From Candidatus Bathyarchaeia archaeon (GTDB lineage Archaea; Thermoproteota; Bathyarchaeia; Bathyarchaeales; Bathycorpusculaceae): a stretch of 64,000 nucleotides of DNA. A model generated the notes under the pieces. It had not been told where the DNA came from and ran no database searches. It was given only the letters and a program-made list of their open reading frames with translations. The stretch spans positions 4,592 to 68,591 of the forward strand of contig JBNIDR010000007.1 of NCBI GenBank assembly GCA_050108155.1, in the 5' to 3' direction. Below, one piece after another: positions 60,051 through 64,000 of the stretch; position 1 is the stretch's first letter; each line of letters starts with the position of its first letter. The position numbers and the translations under genes are program-made.

Positions 60051-61993
60051 AAGCTTTTTTTAACCGATGGCATCGATGGCTAGCTTACGTTAGTTTAGGA
60101 ATCATCGCGGTTTTATGCTTTATATTTTCCAGCATAGCTTTCAGTATTCCGCTTGAAAAATTTGTCTCGTCAACACAAGCCTTTTACGATAGACTGTTTG
60201 CCGCTATCCTGCTTGGTGCTGGGGTAAGCTTAGCCCTACTTATCGCTCTTGACATATTCTCTGTACAGCTACGCAAGTGCGTAGGAAACCTTTTCTCGTC
60301 TGCACCTATCAAACTTCGTCTAAAGCCCCTTTCTGAAACCCAAACTATCGCGTTTATCTCAAAATATGACCGTCTTCAAAAGTTTGCCGAGCGAACAAGC
60401 CAAAGCTTAGCAAAAGACGTAATCAAGGCAAACGAAAACCTAAGCCCCTACAAGCTTGCAGCAAAAAGCCTATTCTATACAATAATTACTTTCTTTATTT
60501 GCACGCCTTCAGCAGTCATCTTGGCAATAGCAGTTAACCCTATTTTGTTAGTGATTGTCTTAGTCCCGCTTGTACCTCTTGTTTATCCCCATCTGAAGCT
60601 AAGGAGCGCAACTGGTGACCGCAAAAGGGCGGTAGACGACGAGTTGCCTTTTTTTGCAATGTACGCGGACATTCTGCAAAGTGTAGGTGTCAATCTTTAC
60701 GATGCGCTTCAGCAGTCAATAGGCAAGGGCGTGTTCAAACAGATTGAAAAAGATGCTTTGATGGTTAAACGTAATGTGGAGTTTTTCTTTCGCAGCCCTG
60801 TTGAGGCGCTCGAAGAAGTCGGCAAGATGCATCCTAATGATAAGATGAAAACTTTGCTTTTGGGATACACAAGCGAATGGAGAAGCGGCGGTGACTTAAT
60901 CAAGTATCTGGAAGCCAAAGCAGATGATTCGCTTAAAGATATGAGTTTTAAATGGAAAAACTATGCTGAACACGCCTCTGATATCGGAGAAACGATTGTT
61001 AGTCTTCTTTTTGTGCTTCCATTAATGATCTTGATGTCAGCCTTCATTTTTCCCAGTCAAGCCCTAACTTTAGTGGCAATAGTCTCATCAACAGCAGTAC
61101 CCTTAGTGACTGTAGGGGTTTTTGGCTGGCTCAATGCCCAACAACCCAAGACATACGATAATCTGACGGGTAATCTTAAGCTCAGTCTCTTAGCGGGCGC
61201 TATTGCGTTGCCTTCGACGGCTCTTTTAGGAATCCCCCTTTGGTTATGCATTGCTGTCACTTTAGCTGCAGCTTCCACATTCTATGGCGCTTCGATTTTT
61301 CTCCAGCTCAGGGAAAACCGTATGCTTGAAAAGGCGTTGCCACAGTTTCTACGCGATATTACTGAGTATAGAAAAATGGGCTATGATATAACACAAGCTA
61401 TCCTCAAAATATCGGATGAAAACACCTACAATGCTGCTTTCGATGGTTTGTTAAGGGCCGTAGCAAGACAAATGAAGTTAGGCTTGCGTATGGCAGAAGT
61501 GGATGTGCCGACGCGCAGTTGGCTTACCAAAATGAGCTTCTTTCTGCTTACCCAGATTACAGAGTCTGGTGGTGGGACTCCCAGCAGTATGGAAAAGCTC
61601 ATGGATTTCATCAATCAAGTTGTAAGGACTAAGCGCGAAACCGCACAAGGTATGCGTCTGTATCAGGTATTAAGCATTTTTACGCCCATTGGTTTAAGCT
61701 TGATTACAGCTTTGATGTTCACGCTCATGACTGCATTTGCCTCTGCGGTTGCTCCAGGTTCTACTGCGGGCTTAATAGGCTCAATCGCTCAGATTCCTCA
61801 GGGCCTCATAGATATGAGTTATCTGTTGGTTTTGACGTCGTCAACTTGCATAGCTCTGTTAACAACTAAGACTGTTGAGTTGACTGCCAAAAACACGCTA
61901 TGGATAACCGTAAACATGGCCTTAGCCGCAGGATCAATAGCTCTCTCAGTACAACTAGCGACACTTCTGCTAAGCGCCTTTAATGGATTTTGA
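60047..61993 (+). CDS. TadC/ArlJ-like pilus platform membrane protein
   Basis: Two T2SSF-like repeats (DELPFFA.., ALPQFLRDI..); follows the ATPase. Confidence 0.82.
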   Translation: MKAFFNRWHRWLAYVSLGIIAVLCFIFSSIAFSIPLEKFVSSTQAFYDRLFAAILLGAGVSLALLIALDIFSVQLRKCVGNLFSSAPIKLRLKPLSETQTIAFISKYDRLQKFAERTSQSLAKDVIKANENLSPYKLAAKSLFYTIITFFICTPSAVILAIAVNPILLVIVLVPLVPLVYPHLKLRSATGDRKRAVDDELPFFAMYADILQSVGVNLYDALQQSIGKGVFKQIEKDALMVKRNVEFFFRSPVEALEEVGKMHPNDKMKTLLLGYTSEWRSGGDLIKYLEAKADDSLKDMSFKWKNYAEHASDIGETIVSLLFVLPLMILMSAFIFPSQALTLVAIVSSTAVPLVTVGVFGWLNAQQPKTYDNLTGNLKLSLLAGAIALPSTALLGIPLWLCIAVTLAAASTFYGASIFLQLRENRMLEKALPQFLRDITEYRKMGYDITQAILKISDENTYNAAFDGLLRAVARQMKLGLRMAEVDVPTRSWLTKMSFFLLTQITESGGGTPSSMEKLMDFINQVVRTKRETAQGMRLYQVLSIFTPIGLSLITALMFTLMTAFASAVAPGSTAGLIGSIAQIPQGLIDMSYLLVLTSSTCIALLTTKTVELTAKNTLWITVNMALAAGSIALSVQLATLLLSAFNGF

Positions 61994-62299
61994 TATTCTT
62001 GATTAACCCCAAAAAGACCTGTTTACTATCGCGAAAAAAACAGGCGCTGGAAACAAGCTATCACCACACCTGCTTTCAAAAAACTAAGACATATCTCATA
62101 GATAACAGTAGGCGCTCACTAAATAGAATCCATAGTTTATCAGAACACAAAAGAAGCCCTAAGATAGCCGTTGGTAGCACGAAGTGCCGCAGACTTAGGC
62201 TTTTGTTGATCCCTTTTCTCGCTCTTTTGTTTTTAGCTGGTTGGATTCTTTACTGCTTAGGAAAAAGAAAAGCCAGTTCAAAGGGATAAACAAAAATTT

Positions 62300-62623
62300 C
62301 TATTTCATTAGGTTGTTCCATTCTCGTATGTAGCATTTTTCAATCATGCCGTTGAGGACAAAGGGGTCACCTTTCACAAACTCTTCTGCGGTTTCACGTG
62401 AGATCAGAACCGCCATGGTGGTAACTGGTTCTTCGGGGTGGTCAGCAAAAGCTCCAGCCATAAGAATGATGCCTCGTTTATAGAATTCCCTTGTCCTTTG
62501 AATATGCATAGTTATAGCCTCTGGAAATTTAGCCTTGACTTCATCTAGTGACTTGAACTTTGTAATAAAGAAGGCAACGTAAAATCGAGGCTGTATCCTG
62601 ACGAGTGCATCAATTTCAGACAT
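62300..62623 (-). CDS. YciI-like protein
   Basis: ILMAGAF..AEEFVKGDPFVLNG. Confidence 0.75.
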   Translation of the reverse strand: MSEIDALVRIQPRFYVAFFITKFKSLDEVKAKFPEAITMHIQRTREFYKRGIILMAGAFADHPEEPVTTMAVLISRETAEEFVKGDPFVLNGMIEKCYIREWNNLMK

Positions 62624-63086
62624 AACATTACCTGAATTATTGTGATGCTGTTATAGTATAAACATTCCCGATTTTAGTTTAGTTGGGCGCACTGGGTTAA
62701 CCGGGTTTGGAAAACTATTGGAGCAATAGCCTAACTCAACATCAAGTAGGCTGATTTTCGACCTCTACTCCATACATAAATTCTATATAGAAAAACCTGG
62801 GTTAAATTTACTCAAAATGAACGAAACAAAATTTTGTTCTTCCTAACTAGCAAGTTTGACTTCAAAAAAGCACCCAATATTTTCCCGCTAATTGTCGAAA
62901 TTCTTTTGTCACTGTTTTTTGCTTTTCTTCCTTTACAGGCGCTTTATGCGTACATGTTCAATAATTCAACAGTTGCTTTCTTTGCTTGCACAGCTACTAA
63001 CTTTGGGGTAGCAGGCATTGGACATATGCAAGCGACAACAATCAACTTACTCAGCAAACAGAGCCAAATTTAATAAAAGACATTTT

Positions 63087-63668
63087 TTATTTCGAGCTTT
63101 GGTTTTCTGGGAAGTCCTCTCTTAGGTGAGGCAAGTATTTGTCTTCTATTCTATCATAATAGCCTATTTCCATGCCCTTAGCGCTGAGACTACCGTACAC
63201 TGTTAACCCAAGCATCCCAATCATTGCATGCGCTAATTCGACCCTCTGGTTAGAATCAAACTGTTCCTTCTGAATTAGTTTTAGCGTTAACTTGCTCATG
63301 CAACAAAGTAAGTCAACAAGGTTATCAAACCTCTCCAGTCCAGATTGGGCAATAACCTTTTCGGGGCTCCACCCAACATACATATATAAGGGGTTCTCAG
63401 GATTTGATTCTACCTCAAACTTTTCTTTCGGCAATAAAGTCCCCAGCTTGTAGGCTATTTTGTTTTTAACTATGCTCTTCTTTTTAGGGTCAACCATAAC
63501 TCTGAAACTGAAAACTACTTCGTCATCAACTCTATCTTTAATTAAGAAGTGACTGCTCTTGGTACCATCAAGACCCTGCAAAAAACTGCAAAATTCCGCT
63601 AAAACTGCTTTGACTTCTTTGGCGTTGCATTTGAAAACTGCAACACACCATTCATCAGCAAATGACAT
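63087..63668 (-). CDS. Hypothetical protein
   Basis: 193 aa ORF. Confidence 0.6.
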   Translation of the reverse strand: MSFADEWCVAVFKCNAKEVKAVLAEFCSFLQGLDGTKSSHFLIKDRVDDEVVFSFRVMVDPKKKSIVKNKIAYKLGTLLPKEKFEVESNPENPLYMYVGWSPEKVIAQSGLERFDNLVDLLCCMSKLTLKLIQKEQFDSNQRVELAHAMIGMLGLTVYGSLSAKGMEIGYYDRIEDKYLPHLREDFPENQSSK

Positions 63669-63781
63669 CTTCCACTCCTCACTTAATGCTTGCTTTAAAT
63701 GCCCAGATAAAAAGGTTACACTTCAAACAGACTATACTCCCAAAAAGAAAAAATTACCTTACAGGTGAACATAGTTGGCCT

Positions 63782-63812
63782 AAACGAAGCACTAAGTAAT
63801 TAGTTTAGCCCT
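63782..63812 (+). repeat. 31-bp direct repeat, copy 2
   Basis: AAACGAAGCACTAAGTAATTAGTTTAGCCCT. Confidence 0.8.
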
Positions 63813-64000
63813 GACTATCTAACAGAGCGGCTTTCCTCTGCTTCTTTTCTTTTGCAGATATTATTATACTTACATGTTGAAAAGAGTTTCAATCAATCTT
63901 TGCCTACAAATCAATATTTTGAACCCGTGTTTAGATAACGAACTTTTTCATAATTCCTACATTATACTCACGATATTCGAATACACACACACGAAAATCA

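Larger units (their letters stand above)
16604..62289. mobile_element. Probable integrated conjugative element/genomic island; right boundary uncertain
   Basis: VirD4-like ATPase, TrbL/VirB6-like protein, pilin, prepilin peptidase, secretion ATPase, TadC-like protein, extra TBP, iteron-like repeats, long operon of hypothetical genes; no integrase seen. Confidence 0.6.

Noticed and set aside
1-64000. tRNA/rRNA genes, integrase, reverse transcriptase/DGR
   Set aside because: No T-loop or cloverleaf, rRNA signature, tyrosine/serine recombinase motif, YxDD RT motif or TR/VR pair recognised by eye; absence was not verified computationally

Overview
Archaeal genomic window, most likely Bathyarchaeia (inferred from thermosome/RpoK/TBP/archaeal pilin genes and the family of large secreted PQQ-type beta-propeller proteins). 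It has three parts. (1) 1-5950: housekeeping genes (DegT aminotransferase, trpB2, ACT regulator, thermosome, rpoK with no canonical start, Mut7-C, and only the 3' third of a dihydroorotase gene). (2) 5944-16603: three paralogous beta-propeller surface-protein genes with two divergent TrmB regulators. Each beta-propeller gene is followed by a conserved ~95-nt structured element that folds on the + strand into a bulge-helix-bulge (BHB) motif, the substrate of the tRNA splicing endonuclease. The element exposes a segment antisense to the TrmB ribosome-binding sites. The block is bounded by complementary halves of this element sharing the 9-bp core CTTTCCAGA, and each half is fused to a truncated, unrelated gene. 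(3) ~16.6 kb to at least 62 kb: a probable integrated conjugative element/island. It carries a VirD4-like ATPase, TrbL/VirB6-like protein, prepilin peptidase, pilin, secretion ATPase, TadC-like protein, its own TBP, iteron-like repeats, two MoxR-AAA/vWA pairs, a radical SAM enzyme and cargo. One vWA gene is split by a 40-nt insert with canonical BHB geometry; removing it at the canonical cut sites restores the frame and the MIDAS motif (VD|TSGS). This is a predicted archaeal mRNA intron. No tRNA, rRNA, CRISPR array, integrase or VirB4 was recognised. All structures were folded by eye.
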